Position numbers and translations under genes: made by a program. A DNA stretch of 55,595 nt from IMG/VR virus record IMGVR_UViG_3300004807_000027, positions 1-55,595 of that record; one strand, written 5' to 3'. Source of the DNA: a virus (lineage: Duplodnaviria > Caudoviricetes). Shown here one piece after another: positions 55,520 through 55,595 of the stretch; the first letter of the stretch is position 1, and each line of letters begins with the position of its first letter. Below the pieces are notes generated by a model. It was given only the letters and a program-made list of their open reading frames with translations, did no database searches and had not been told where the DNA came from.

Positions 55520-55595
55520 TATTACGTTTATTTGGATTAACAGGGTCATCTACACCTACCTGTGGTCCAATTACACTATAAACTTCTTCTTGATA
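55506..55595 (-). CDS. C-terminal end of an upstream gene; by T4 synteny possibly late sigma factor gp55
   Basis: Open frame YQEEVYSVIGPQVGVDDPVNPNKRNNENS* whose stop overlaps the gp47 start. Identity rests on synteny only. Confidence 0.4.
   Translation of the reverse strand, partial: YQEEVYSVIGPQVGVDDPVNPNKRNNENS

Noticed and set aside
34383-55540. Short ORFs opposite or nested in replication and sugar genes (e.g. 34383-34703, 42524-42733, 55121-55540)
   Set aside because: They overlap well-supported genes, have no motifs and are expected by chance.
1-55595. Stop-codon reassignment, introns or inteins
   Set aside because: Core genes are full length in the standard code, TAA/TGA/TAG all end genes, and PolB, helicase and UvsX have normal sizes.

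Overview
AT-rich, gene-dense segment of a large T4-like myophage in the standard genetic code. No CRISPR array or integrase is visible. 1-11.5 kb (+): tail/baseplate module (tail-tube-fold protein, two gp26-like hub proteins, a 56-aa-repeat tape-measure-like protein, gp48-, gp53-, hub- and gp5-like proteins). 11.5-18.2 kb (+): glycosylation operon (two GT60-like GlcNAc transferases, two HtrL/YibB-like proteins, a NodU/CmcH carbamoyltransferase). 18.1-28.8 kb: accessory region with three 2OG-Fe(II) oxygenases, an outer-membrane beta-barrel, two tRNA-Glu copies, a tRNA remnant, a tmRNA, tRNA-Pro, sulfo/methyl/glycosyl-transferases, FlbD-like and ClpP genes. 28.8-55.6 kb (-): T4-type replication module (RNase H, clamp, SSB, helicase, UvsX, PolB, gp46/gp47). 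Directly behind the polymerase lies a 7-deazaguanine DNA-modification cluster (TGT-fold DpdA3-like, small ORF, formyltransferase, nucleotide kinase, QueF), with FolE and a dGTP/dATP diphosphohydrolase-like gene elsewhere in the window. An 11-gene sugar cassette separates gp47 from gp46. Promoter motifs sit 5-6 nt before start codons with no Shine-Dalgarno, which points to mostly leaderless mRNAs. All family calls come from motif recognition by eye; no searches were run.
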